DNA of 64,000 nucleotides from Octopus sinensis (GCF_006345805.1 NC_043025.1:6944001-7008000), one strand, 5' to 3'. Shown: positions 12,111 to 25,607, numbered from the stretch's first letter. Notes: generated from the sequence alone by a model not told the origin. Made by a program: numbers and translations.

Positions 12111-13484
12111 TAGCTTGGAGGTAATGACATCAGTATCAAATTTCTCATTAGTATATTGAAAGCAAAAATGTATCCTACACATAGGCGCAGGAGTGGCTGT
12201 GTGGTAAGTAGCTTGCTTACCAACCACATGGTTCCAGGTTCAGTCCCACTGCGTGGCATCTTGGGCAAGTGTCTTCTGCTATAGCCCCGGGCCAACCAAA
12301 GCCTTGTAAGTGGATTTGGTAGACGGAAACTGAAAGAAGCTTGTCGTATATATGTATATATATATATATGTGCATGTGTGCGTTTGTGTGTCTGTGTTTG
12401 CCCCCCTAGCATCGCTTGACAACCAATGCTGGTGTGTTTACGTCCCTGTAACTTAGCGGTTCGGCAAAAGAGACCGATAGAATAAGTACTGGGCTTACAA
12501 AAGAATAAGTCCCGGGGTCGATTTGCTCAATTAAAGGCGGTGCTCCAGCATGGCCGCAGTCAAATGACTGAAACAAGTAAAAAAAAAAAAATGTAGCTAT
12601 GTGGTAAGAAGCTTGCTTCGCAACTACATGGTTCCAGGTTCAGTTCTACTGCGTGGAACCTTGGGCAAGTGTCTTCTAATATAGTCTCAAGCCAACCAAA
12701 GCCTCATTAGTGCATTTGGTAGACGGAAACTGAAAGAAGCCCGTAAGAACTGGGGTCAATTCATTTCACTAAAATTCTTCCAGGCAGTGCCCCAGCATGG
12801 CCACAGTCTGATGACTGAAACAAGCAAATGATATTAATAACACGGTTAAGTAGTCTGCTTCCCAAGTTCTCTCAGGTTTAGTCCCACTGTGTGGCACCTT
12901 GGGCAAGTGTCTTCGCTCATAGCTCTGAGCTGACCAAAGTGTTCCAACAATGACCACCCTGTCTTTATCAAAACAAACCTTTATTTTTTTTTCTTAATAG
13001 AAATACATATATAGGCGCAGGAGGGGCTGTGTGGTAAGTAGCTTGTTTACCAACCACATGGTTCCGGGTTCAGTCCCACTGCGTGGCACCTTGGGCAAGT
13101 GTCTTCTGCTATAGTCTCGAGCCGACCAAAGCCTTGTGAGTGGATTTGGTAGACGGAAACTGAAAGAAGCCCGTCGTATATATGTATATATATATATATG
13201 TGTGTGTGTCTGTGTTTGTCCCCCTAGCATTGCTTGACAACCGATGCTGGTGTGTTTATGTCCCCGTTACTTAGCGGTTCGGCAAAAGAGACCGATAGAA
13301 TAAGTACTGGGCTTACAAAAGAATAAGTCCCGGGGTCGAGTTGCTCGATTAAAGGCGGTGCTCCAGCATGGCCGCAGTCAAACGACTGAAACAAGTAAAA
13401 GAGAGTAAAGAGTATATATGGAGTAACTTTACATTAAGGAGTGAAACATACAATTTTCTTGTAAGTCAGACCACCTCATGGCTA

Positions 13485-13790
13485 CGAAATGGTAAAGGTG
13501 TTGCCCCAGAGGATGGCATGAGAGATGCTGCACTGAACAGGCCCTTTGACCCATGGGGCTTGCACTTGCAGACAGCAGTCTTAGCCCTGATAGCAGTGAG
13601 CAGGAATATGGTCCGGGGGCCACAGATGCTGGAGGTATCCGCTGCCACAGGCTCAACTATAAACCTGTCGGAGAGTGACTGATTCCTTGACAATTTGATT
13701 TTCTAAACCTGAAGGGCAGCGGAGCCTGGGCTGGAGGCTGAAGACACCAAGATGCTGCTGAGGAAGGTGTCACAGCACGTCTTCTATTCA
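13485..13790 (-). mobile_element. Fossil restriction-like endonuclease domain of a CRE-like non-LTR retrotransposon
   Basis: TCCDTF..S...GSAALQV*KIK...SL...F..EPVA.DT...G...FL...SHAILWGN fits the RLE C-terminal consensus D.T..DT...AA..AE..K..KY...P.AVET.G...QRGN (recalled). Confidence 0.7.
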
Positions 13791-14870
13791 GGCATAGTGT
13801 ATCTAGGACTACATTATCTAATGTGTGTCCCTCCTTGTTGTTGCTGTTGTTTAACCCCAGGTCAATCCTAGTCCAGTAGACCTCTCATCAAAAGTATTCC
13901 AGCTGTGACCATCCTGTCTTTTAATCAGACATAGTGTATCTAGGACTACATTATCTAATGTGATGGTTTTAGTTGTTGTTTAAGTCCAGGTCAGCTCTCA
14001 TCCAGCAGATCTATGGTGAGAGATGTTCCAGATATGACCACCCAGTCTTTTATTCAGGCATAGTGCATCTAGGACTACATTATCTAATGTGATGGCTTTA
14101 GTTGTTGTTTAAGTCCAGGTCAGCTCTCATCCAGCAGATCTATGGTGAGAGATGTTCCAGATATGACCACCCAGTCTTTTATTCAGGCATAGTGCATCTA
14201 GGACTACATTATCTAATGTGATGGTTTTAGTTGTTGTTTAAGTCCAGGTCAGCTCTCATCCAGCAGATCTATGGTGAGAGATGTTCCAGATATGACCACC
14301 CAGTCTTTTATTCAGGCATAGTGCATCTAGGACTACATTATCTAATGTGATGGTTTTAGTTGTTGTTTAAGTCCAGGTCAGCTCTCATCCAGCAGATCTA
14401 TGGTGAGAGATGTTCCAGATATGACCACCCAGTCTTTTATTCAGGCATAGTGCATCTAGGACTACATTATCTAATGTGATGGTTTTAGTTGTTGTTTAAG
14501 TCCAGGTCAGCTCTCATCCAGCAGATCTATGGTGAGAGATGTTCCAGATATGACCACCCAGTCTTTTATTCAGGCATAGTGCATCTAGGACTACATTATC
14601 TAATGTGATGGCTTTAGTTGTTGTTTAAGCCCAGGTCAGCTCTCATCCAGCAGATCTATGATGAGAGATGTTCCAGATATGACCACCCAGTCTTTTATTC
14701 AGGCATAGTGTATCTAGGACTACATTATCTAATGTATGTCCCTCCTTGTTGTTGCTGTTGTTTAACCCCAGGTCAGTCCTAGTCCTGTAGACCTATCATC
14801 AGTGTTCCAGTCGTGACCATCCGGTCTTTTAGTCAGACATGATGTATCAAGGACTACATTATTTAACTCG
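13789..14870. repeat. Tandem array, 129-bp unit: six near-identical units plus about 135-bp flanking variants
   Basis: Unit starts at 13926, 14055, 14184, 14313, 14442, 14571 and 14700. Confidence 0.95.
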
Positions 14871-16248
14871 TTAGCATTTATATATATATATATATATATA
14901 TATACGTTAGCATTCAAACCAGTCATATCAGGCCCCAATATTCTTCGTGTTTTATGTCCAAACTGACCAGATCAGACCTCTCACACCTACCCTGCAATGT
15001 CATTCTAATAATATACAATCGCACAATAACGTATGATAAATTCAAAACAATGTGAATAAATAGGCACAGGAGTGGCTGTGTTGTAAGTAGCTTGCTAACG
15101 AACCACATGGTTCCGGGTTCAGTCCCACTGCATGGCATCTTGGGCAAGTGTCTTCTGCTATAGCCCCGGGCCAACCAATGCCTTGTGAGTGGATTTGGTA
15201 GACAGAAACTGAAAGAAGCTCGTCGTATATATGTATATATATGTTTTTTTATTGCCCACAAGGGGCTAAACATAGAGGGGACAAACAAGGACAGACAAAC
15301 GGATTAAGTAGATTACATCGACCCCAGTGCGTAACCGGTGTGCTAACGTTTCTGCCAGCTCGCCGCCATATATGTATATATATATGTATGTGTGTGTGGT
15401 TGTGTGTCTGTGTTTGTCCCCCTAGCATTGCTTGATAACCAATGCTGGTGTGTTTACGTCCCCGTCACTTAGCGGTTCGGCAAAAGAGACCGACAGAATA
15501 AGTACTGGGCTTACAAGAGAATAAGTCCCGGGGTCGATTTGCTTGACTAAAGGCGGTGCTCCAGCATGGCCGCAGTCAAATGACTGAAAAGAGTAAAGAG
15601 TAAATAAGCATTAAATTTGACAGAGAAAGCTGAATGCAAAAGGGTTAATGTGTGTCTCTGTTTAGATCCACATCTCTTATTCTGGCATAGTTTATCTCAG
15701 ACTATACTATCTAGTATGTTCTTCATCGTTGTTATTGCTTAACCCTAAGTCAGGCTCTATCCAGAAAAACTTATGATGGAGGTTGTTCTAGGTATGGCCA
15801 ATCTGTTCTTTCTCTTACAAGCAAAGTGTATCAAGGACTACATTATTCAATGTGCCTCTCTTTTTTTGTTCCTTTTTTTTTTCCTATTATTTTTCCACAA
15901 TCAAGCATGACTTGAGAGTGACAGACAATGAGGGAGTGAAAGATTTGGCTGCTATTTCTAGCAAATCAAGCAAGCATGAAGCAGCTTCCTCAAGCATTCG
16001 AAAGGCACTAGGGTGTTTGCTAGGTTTACAAATATCACAGATTGCAAATTTTTTTTTCAGGAGATAACAGAATGATGCAACAGCTGAAGTGAGAGAGAGA
16101 GACAGACAGACAGACAAGACAGTGGATAGTGGTAAAAAAAAAATAGAGACAGACAGACAGAGAGCAAATAGAGAGCGACAGCAAGGCAGCAAGAGAGACA
16201 TAGGGTAGAAAGATGGATAATTAGAAAGATAAGAATCAAAGTAGTTAC

Positions 16249-16318
16249 CTTTATCTTCTTGCGAACATTAAACAGGGCCATCGGTTGTTTAATCTCTTCA
16301 TAGTAATCCGGATATTGT
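16249..16318 (-). CDS. PBRM1: Polybromo-1 internal exon, bromodomain 3 ZA loop (QYPDYYEEIKQPMALFNVRKKIK), 70 nt, phase 2 to 0
   Basis: Acceptor ttcgttttag, donor AAG|gtaact. Contains the YPDYY..IK.P bromodomain signature and continues in frame from LPSQR. Confidence 0.9.
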
Positions 16319-17154
16319 CTAAAACGAATAAATAAACCAGTAAATAACTAAATAATGATGACAGGTCACATGATATCAATGGTGCTACATGGGGCCAAAC
16401 CTACTGCTCTGGTATAAAACACAAACCTACAGCTCTTCAAAACACAAACCTTTATAACTTTAGGTTATTTCTATCAGATATGGCTTTGTGGTTAACCCTT
16501 TTGTTACCAAACCGGCTCTGGCTCTGAGTACAAATGTCTTGTTTCCATAAGTTCTGAATTAAAATCTTTCACCAAACCTTAGTCACAATTTATGTTCCTA
16601 ACACTAGCTTAATGATAAATAAGTTAATTTACTAAATTCTTTATTATATTTAAAGTAACTGAAAGAAACACACAGCATCTCAATAGAAATATGGTAACAA
16701 AAGGGTTAGTCACCAGGATATTTTTAACCCTTTTGATACCAACCTGGCTGAAACCACCTCTGGCTCTGGGTACAAATGTCTTATTTTCAAAAGTTCTGAA
16801 TTAAAATCTTCCACCAAACCTTAGTCACAGTTTATGTTCCTAACACTAGCTGAATGATAACTAAGTTATTTTACTAAATCCTTTGTTATATTTAAAATTA
16901 ATTGAAAGAAACACAGATCATCTCAGAATAAATACAGTAATGAAAGGGTTAAACAACTCTGCTTCCCAACCACATGGATTCAAGTTCAATTCCACAGCAC
17001 GGCACCTAGGGCGTGTCTCTTCTACTACAGCATCGAGCTTACCAAAAACTTTGTGACTGGATTAGGTAGATGTTTTTAGAGATGTAAAGTATAATAGCCA
17101 TTTCAATATGGTTAACCACATAGCAGGGGGGGGGTTACTGTAGCTTTTTATGTT

Positions 17155-17413
17155 CTGAGATTTAATAATAAATTTTTAGAGAGTTACTTCCCTTATATAT
17201 GCCAAAAATGCATTAAAAATGGGGAAAATTGATGGTAAATTATTTTTTAAATTGTAGACTCATCGTAGACGCGCGCTAATACCCAGAAGGGCTCGATATG
17301 AATCACGACTATAAGATACCCGGTTTTGGTTAAACTGCACCGCAAAATGTGGGAGTAGTTAAGAATCTAAATCGTAGGAGACAGACACACAACTTGACTT
17401 TTATATATAAAGA
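17155..17413 (-). mobile_element. 3'-truncated Helitron-like element
   Basis: A|TCTTTATATATAAAAG start; the distal part resembles 21370-21440. Confidence 0.6.
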
Positions 17414-17756
17414 TTATTGCTTATATTTTGAATTACATAATCTTTTATGGGGACACCAAAATCTTTTAAGTGCTTAGGGCCTCAATGGGTCTTAATTCAG
17501 CCCTGGGTGAGAGCTTGGGTGGTTTGCAAGATTCCATCTACCAGATCTACTCACAAGGATTTGGTCAGCCTGGGGCTATAGTTGAAGACACTTGCTCAAA
17601 GTGCCACACTAACTCAGAACTACGTGACACATGGACACACACAAACATATAATATCATACAGAAAACAAAGTAATATTTCAAATGCATGATAGCTGTGTA
17701 AACAACAGAAAGATTGTATGATATTACTCTTATAAGATAGAAAAAATTTGTCAACA

Positions 17757-18595
17757 GGCGCTGTGTGGTAAGTAGCTTGCTTACCAACCACATGGTTCCA
17801 GGTTCAGTCCCACTGCGTGGCACCTTGGGCAAGTGTCTTCTACTATAGCCTTGGGCCGACCAATGCCTTGTGAGTGGATTTGGTAGATGGAAACTGAAAG
17901 AAGCCTGTCATATATATGTATATATATAGGCGCAGGAGTGGCTGTGTGGTAAGTAGCTTGCTAACCAACCACATGGTTCCGGGTTCAGTCCCACTGCGTG
18001 GCATCTTGGGCAAGTGTCTCCTGCTATAGCCCCGGGCCGACCAAAGCCTTGTGAGTGGATTTGGTAGATGGAAACTGAAAGAAGCCTGTCATATATATGT
18101 ATATATATAGGCGCAGGAGTGGCTGTGTGGTAAGTAGCTTGCTAACCAACCACATGGTTCCGGGTTCAGTCCCACTGCGTGGCATCTTGGGCAAGTGTCT
18201 TCTGCTATAGCCCCGGGCTGACCAATGCCTTGTGAGTGGATTTGGTAGATGGAAACTGAAAGAAGCCTGTCATATATATGTATATATATAGGCGCAGGAG
18301 TGGCTGTGTGGTAAGTAGCTTGCTAACCAACCACATGGTTCCGGGTTCAGTCCCACTGCGTGGCATCTTGGGCAAGTGTCTCCTGCTATAGCCCCGGGCC
18401 GACCAAAGCCTTGTGAGTGGATTTGGTAGATGGAAACTGAAAGAAGCCTGTCATATATATGTATATATATAGGCGCAGGAGTGGCTGTGTGGCTATAGAA
18501 GAAGACACTTGCCCAAGATGCCACGCAGTGGGACTGAACCCGGAACCATGTGGTTGGTTAGCAAGCTACTTACCACACAGTCACTCCTGCACCTA
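17757..18595. repeat. Tandem S1 SINE 5' halves (181-bp unit x 4) ending in an inverted copy
   Basis: Unit starts at 17757, 17929, 18110, 18291 and 18472; 18493-18595 is the reverse complement of the unit head. Confidence 0.95.
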
Positions 18596-21329
18596 TTGTC
18601 TTGAATTAATCCTTCATTATCCCAAAAATTTGTGATTTCAGTGATCTGAAAGCTTATTTTTAGAATGACATTGTATGGTAAGTGTGAGAAACAGGAGCTG
18701 GCCAATTTGGACATAAAGCAGAATATTTAGACTAGATATGGCTGGTTTAAATGCTGAAAGGTTAACCATTTAGCATTCAGGTTATTCTGTCAAATTTAAT
18801 ATTTATTTATTTACTGTTTTGAATTAATCATGCATCGTCTCATAGTTTCAAGATGATGATTTGATTGTTTACTTTTATAACGACATTGTAGGGTAGGGGT
18901 GAGAAGCCAAATGTGGCCAGTTTGAACATAAAACTAATAGAATATTTGGGGGTTGGTTTAAATGCTAGACAAAACTATTGCTCATAGTCACAGCTCAAAC
19001 ATCATGATCATCATCATCATTTAACGTCCGCTTTCCATGCTAGCATGGGTTGGATGATTTAACTGAGGACTGGTGAACCAGATGGCTGCACCAGGCACCA
19101 ATCTGATCTGGCAGAGTTTCTACAGCTTGATGCGCTTCCTAAAGCCAACTACTCTGTGAGCGTAGTGGGTGCTTTTTACATGCCACCAGCACAGGGGCCA
19201 GAGGAGGCGGGCAAACAGGCGTGATTGATTGGTGCTTCTTATGTGTCACCGACACGGACGCCAGTCTGGTGGTACTGGCAATGGCCATGCTCGAAAATGG
19301 TGTTTCCCACGTGCCACCTGCACATGAGTCAGTCCAGTGGCACTGGCAATGACCTCGCTCGAATGTTTTGTTCACGTGCCACAGGCACAAGTGCCAGTAA
19401 AGCGGCGCTGGTATATCAAATGTCTGCTGTAGGCTAAAAGCTTTCCTGGAACAAAAGCGAAATTGGTGAAGCTGTGGGATTCCGAAACCAGTACATCTCA
19501 GAGCTTAAATTAATCATCATTTAACATTCATTGTCTATGCTGGCATGGGTTGGATGGCTTGATAAGAGCTGGCAAACTGGGGAGCTACACCAGGCTCCAA
19601 TCTGATCTGGCAGAGTTTCTACAGCTGGATGCCCTTCCTAATGCAAACCACTTTACAGCATGTATTGAGTGCTTTTACGTGGTATCACAGGATGCACTCC
19701 TACGTGACATCAGTACAAGTCCTTTTTACATGGCACCGGCAAAGGACTAGGAATTTCAGAAACAATTCTTTGTACATATTTTTATCTGTTGCTGATGGCC
19801 ATCCAGACTGAATGGTGGACTATGACCGGAGACTGGACCACATTTATTTCTTTATTGCCCACTGTGTGGTAAGTAGCTTGCTTACCAACCACATGGTTCC
19901 GGGTTCAGTCCCACTGCGTGGCACCTTGGGCAAGTGTCTTCTGCTATAGCACTGGGTCGATCAATGCCTTGTGAGTGGATTTGGTAGACGGAAACTGAAA
20001 GAAGCCTGTCGTATATATGTATTATATATATATATATATATGTGTGTGTTTGTGTGTGTTTATGTGTTTGTCCCCATAGCATTGCTTGACAACCGATGCT
20101 GGTGTGTTTACATCCCCGTCACTTAGTGGTTCGGCAAAAGAGACCAATAGAATAAGTACTAGGCTTACAAAGAATAAGTCCCGGGGTTGATTTGATCGAC
20201 TAAAGGCGGTGCTCCAGCATGGCCGCAGTCAAATGACTGAAACAAGTAAAAAAAGGGGGGGGGGCTAAACATAGAAGGGACAAACAAGGACATACAGTTG
20301 GCAGCGGGGGGGGGACAGGAGATCAAGATAATAAAGCAGCAATGGGCTGCAAGCGTGGGAGACAAGCATAGTGCGCACACACATACACACACACCAGTAT
20401 GTGTATACACGACTTATGACATTCCATGGAGGTGACCAGTTCAATGAACCAGTGACGATGTTAACATTAAGTAGGTGCAGGAGTGGCTGTGTGGTAAGTA
20501 GCTTGCTCACCAACCACATGGTTCCAGGTTCAGTCCCACTGCGTGGCACCTTGGGCAAGTGTCTTCTACTAAAGCCTCGGGCCGACCAAAGCCTTGAGAG
20601 TGGATTTGGTAGACGGAAACTGAAAGAAGCCCGTTGTATATATGTGTGTGTGTATATATATATGTGTGTCTGTGTGTGTGTGTCTGTTTGTCCCCCCCAG
20701 CATTGCTTGACAACTGACGCTGGTGTGTTTATGTCCCCGTAACTTAGTGGTTCACTAAAAGAGACCGATCGAATAAGTACTAGGCTTACAAAGAATAAGT
20801 CCTGGGGTCGATTTGCTCGACTAAAAGCGGTGCTCCAGCATGGCCACAGTCAAATGACTGACAAGAGTAAAAGAGTAATATTTTCATAATTAACTGAAAC
20901 GAAAGCAGTGTATTTGAACAGAAATATCCTGGCGATATTTTAACAATTAATTGATATGACATGTCAAGCTAAGTAAAACTGCAGTCTCCCCACACATACA
21001 GGCTTGCCCTTTCAGGTGCCGGTGCCACTTAAAAGTACCTGTGCCAGTGCGACAGTAATGCACTCGTGTACGTACTACGAAAACGCACCTGTGACAGTGG
21101 CATGTAAAAAGCACCTGGCACACTCCTGTAAAGTGGTTGGCATTAGGAAGGACATCCAGCCATAGAAACCATGCCACAACAGACAGCTGGAGTCTATCCA
21201 GTTCCGTGTCAAACTGTCCAGCCCATGCCAGCATGGGAGTGGACGTTATACGATGATGATGATGATGAATTGAAAGAAATGCAGAGAATTTCAACATAAA
21301 CAGGGTAACATAATGGCAAATATAACATA

Positions 21330-21713
21330 CTAGCAGTATCGCCCGGCGTTGCTCAGGTTTGTAAGGGAAATAACTATAAAGCATTTTTAGGGAGTTATAG
21401 CCAAAAAATAGAAAAAACTGGAAAAAAAATTATGGTAAATTTTTTTTTGAGAGTTAAAAAGGTCGAGTTGCGTCCCCTACACAGTCTGTGGTTTGTCTTT
21501 CTGATTCTCGACCCCATGTCGAATTTATCGATTTTTTTCAGAACTGGGGGAACTTTTCAAAATTTTCTCTGCGTTAGTTTTGAATTATGACATTGGGCTA
21601 TGTGTGTGTCAAGTTTCATCAGAATCGGTTGAAAGCCATGGTCAGGGTGAGGGTACAACCAAACAGACACACAGAAACACACACAGACAAACTGCCGTTT
21701 ATATATAGAGAGA
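21330..21713 (-). mobile_element. Non-autonomous Helitron-like element, complete
   Basis: A|TC 5' end, subterminal hairpin cctgagcaacgccggg, CTAG|T 3' end. Confidence 0.85.
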
Positions 21714-22309
21714 TTATTGTATTATTGTAAATTAAAATACTATTTTAAATTCAGACGTCCCTTCGGTTTTTCACTCATACCCTTTTTGAATTTAACAACA
21801 TAACCTTTTTTAATTTATACACTGTTTTCAATTGTGCAGGTGGCATGTAAAAAGCACCATCCGATCGTGGCCGTTGCCAGCATTGTCTGGCCCCCGTGCC
21901 GGTGGCATGTAAAAAGCACCATCCGTCCGTGGTCGTTTGCCAGCCTCGCCTGGCACCTGTGCAGGTGGCACGTAAGAAGCACCCACTACACTCACAGAGT
22001 GGTTGGCATTAGGAAGGGCATCCTGCTGTAGAAACACTGCCAGATCAGACTGGGCTTGGCGCAGCCTTCTGGCTTCCCAGATCCCCGGTCAAACCGTCCA
22101 ACCCATGCTAGCATGGAGAACGGACGTTAACGATGATGATGATGATGCAATTAAAAATTTGCTTACCATTTTCAATTTGCATAGACACCTGTTTCTGTTT
22201 CTCTGTCAATAACCTTTCATCACCTGGCATAAGATCATCTCCAATGCCCCCCTCTCCTCTCAAAAGATCTTTGTCTTGCAAGTTACTTGGCGATCCTGCC
22301 AATACCGGT

Positions 22310-22700
22310 GTCATGTAAACAGCATCGAGTCCACACTGTGAAGTGGTTGGCATTTGGAAGGGCATCCAACTGTAAAAACCTTGCCACAACTGACCTCACC
22401 TGTGCTAGTGCCATATAAAAAAAACACTCTGTCCACACTGTCAAGTGGTTGGCATTTGGAAAGGCATCCAACTGTAAAAACCATGCCAAAACTGACCTTG
22501 CCTTTGCTGGTGCCATGTAAAAAGTACTCAGTCCACTTTGCTGGGTGTTTGGCATTAGAAAGGGCACCCAGCTGTAAAAAACCTGCCATGGCTGACCTTG
22601 CCTGTGCTGGTACCATGTAAAAAGCACTCAGTTCACTCTACAGGGTGGTTGGTGTTAGGAAGGGCATCCAGCTGTAAAACCCCTGCCAAAACAAAGAGCG
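22310..22700. repeat. About 101-bp tandem units x 4, derived from the S3 interior
   Basis: Recurring gtggttggcatt...ggcatccaactgtaaaaacc. Confidence 0.8.
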
Positions 22701-24454
22701 AAGCATGGTGCAGTCTTCAGCTTAGCCAGCTCCTCTCAAACCATCTAACTCATACCAGCTTCGAAAGTGGACATTAAATGCAGGTGATGATGGTGATGAT
22801 GATGATACCACTTTGCAATTGATTTGTACAGTATTTTTATCAATCCATTAACTATCTCTCCTTCTTCGCCTTTCAATTCTGACTGGGATAAACAAGTATC
22901 TCCTCTATAGTAAGTGTTATGGAGATGATAATAGTAATAGAAGACCTCTTCCACATGACGAGTGGTATGTGCCAGTTGTTACAAATACTGTGACGAAAGG
23001 AGTCAAGTAGTTGGAGAAGTCGGCCATAGATAGTCATGTCTTACTTGTCTAACCAACTATACTGCTATACTGGAGTGGACATTCTGACAGTTCGACGTTG
23101 GATTACAACAGTAAAACACCTATTTTTGGCCCTCTATTATATTCTAACCTCTCCCGGAACAAATCCAGTTCTCTTGATTTCATTCCATCTCCCAGTTGAG
23201 AAGTCAAGGTCTCACAAGCTGCTTGGAGACCCTGCTGGTGTTGGTGCCGTGTAAAAAGCACTGGTGCTGGTGTTACATAAAAAGCACCCAGTGCACTCTG
23301 CAAAATGGTTGGCATTAGGAAGAGCATCCAGCCTTAATACCATGCCAAAGAAGACAACAGGACCTAATAAAGCTCTCTGGCTCACCAACTGCTGACAGAC
23401 TATCCAACCCATGCCAGCATGGAAGATGGATGTTAAATGATGATGATGATGACATCATCATCATCATCATCGTTTGGCGTCCGCTTTCCATGCTAGCATG
23501 GGTTGGACGGTTCAACTGGGGTCTGGGAAGCCAGAAGGCTGCACCAGGCTCCAGTCTGATCTGGCAATGTTTCTACGGCTGGATGCCCTTCCTAATGCCA
23601 ACCACTCCATGAGTGTAGTGGGTGCTTTCCATGCTAGCATGGGTTGGACGGTTCAACTGGGGTCTGGGAAGCCAGAAGGCTGCACCAGGCTCCAGTCTGA
23701 TCTGGCAATGTTTCTACGGCTGGATGCCCTTCCTAACGCCAACCACTCCATGAGTGTAGTGGGTGCTTTTTATGTGCCACCCACACAGGTGCCAGACGAG
23801 TCTGGCAAACGGCAACGATTGGATGGTGCTTTTTATGTGCCACCGGCACGGGGGCCAGGCGAGGCTGGCAACGGCCACGAACGGATGGTGCTTTTTATGT
23901 GCCACCGGCACGGGGGCCAGGCGAGGCTGGCAACGGCCACGAATGGATGGTGCTTTTTACGTGCCACCAGCACAGGGGCCAGGCCAGGCTGGCAACGGCC
24001 ATACATTAAATTGTTTTTCACTTCCCTCTCATTTTTAACTCATCTCCTTTACTAATTAAAAGTTTGTTTTAACAAGACACCTCTTGAAATTACTCGAAGG
24101 ATCGATGTTAGATGGGTCAAAACGATCGTAGTGATCAATAAGGATTCTTGTATCTTCCATCTCTGGTCTCTCTCATTGATCAAATATCCAACAAACACTG
24201 AGCCGGTGAAGGTGTTCTACTGGCAAACTACCAGGTGTATACCATACAATTCATTAACTACTAGTGCTCTTAGCTTAGATTTTCTTGGGGCCAGCCAGAT
24301 TGGAGCAGTTTCAAGTGTAACCTGCCGAAACTACAAAGATGATCTAGAACTTGACTGAGGATAGGAAGCTCTGAATGACCCGTCCTTGGTTTTTTCTTGT
24401 CCTTTTTTGTATCATCTAACTGTCCAGATGTTTTGTTGTCACCTGTTATGTTCT

Positions 24455-25085
24455 TGCTGGGTTTCTTTCTCTAACATTTTCCATAGTTCAATCTACACAG
24501 GAATTTTGAAAGAAGTTTCTTCAAAACTAGTTTTTAAACATCGAATGGCAAGCGGGGGTTCACCAGAATAAAATAGTAATCGAATGGGTCGATAGATAAA
24601 AGAAATGGTTGAGAGCCCCTGCTTTAGATGTATGTATCGGTCTGTATTGCAAGAAACAGCTGGGTTTCTTTCTCTAACATTTTACATTGTTCAACCTACA
24701 CAAGTTAATGTGTGGAAAACAAAATAGGAATTTTGAAAGAAGTTTCTATAAAACTAATTCTTAAACATTGGATGTCTATAGGGATCCACCAGTATAAAAT
24801 AGTTATTAGAGGGGTCCATAGATAAGAAATAGTTGAGAACCCCTGCTTTAGATGTATGTATTGGTTATGTATTGCAAGAAACAGCTGGGTTTCTTTCTCT
24901 AACATTTTACATTGTTCAACCTACACAAGTTAATGTGTGAAAAACAAAATAGGAATTTTGAAAGAAGTTTCTACGAAACTAGTTTTTAAACATCGAATGG
25001 CTAGAGGGATCCACCAGAATAAAATAGTAATCAAAAGGGTCCACAGATGAGAAATGACTGAGAACCCATGTCCTAGATATACAAC
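24455..25085. repeat. Tandem array, about 225-bp unit x 3, containing one hAT-like terminus
   Basis: ctgggtttctttctctaacatttt at about 24457, 24660 and 24885; gttgagaacccctg motif in each unit. Confidence 0.8.
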
Positions 25086-25184
25086 GTCTGAATAAAAGAT
25101 AGGATGGTCATAATTGGAACACCTTTTATTTGATAATGACAACCAACCCCACTGTTCCATTTCACATGCAAATTATAAAAAGAC

Positions 25185-25250
25185 ATAATAATAATAATAA
25201 TAATAATGATAATAATAATAATAATAATAATGATAATAATAATAATAATG

Positions 25251-25281
<31 letters not shown>

Positions 25282-25283
25282 TG

Positions 25284-25329
<46 letters not shown>

Positions 25330-25380
25330 TGATAATAATAATAATAATGATAATAATGATAATAATAATAATAATAATAA
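25185..25380. repeat. (AAT)n / (GAT) trinucleotide tract
   Basis: Direct reading. Confidence 0.98.
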
Positions 25381-25394
25381 CGTCAAACATTTAC

Positions 25395-25607
25395 CTTTGA
25401 CTGGGTAACTTGTAAAATGGCTCAGCCAAGTTTTGACCGAGGGCGTTCTTGTAGTTTTTGACAGTGAAATATAAGGACCAGAGAGTTCGGTCGTCGTAGT
25501 CAAAGCAGTCCTCGTCGTAGGAACCAGTGCTGCCCTGCCAACTGGACAGGTCACTCTCGGTTTCGCACTGGTCTTTTAGGCAGTGTTTCTGGATGTTCTG
25601 TAACTCT
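25395..25607 (-). CDS. PBRM1: Polybromo-1 internal exon, acidic linker plus start of bromodomain 3 (ELQNIQ...LWSLYFTVKNYKNALGQNLAEPFYKLPSQ-R), 213 nt, phase 2 to 2
   Basis: Pyrimidine-rich acceptor ...ccgctgtag, donor AG|gtaaat. Motif LY.TV...GQ..AEPFY.LPS matches PBRM1 BD3 (recalled). Confidence 0.9.

Noticed and set aside
23474-24055. 193-aa ORF and the many recurring LRLDALPNANH or MVPGSVPLRG ORFs
   Set aside because: They are read-throughs of SINE families S1 and S3, including a 141-bp internal duplication.
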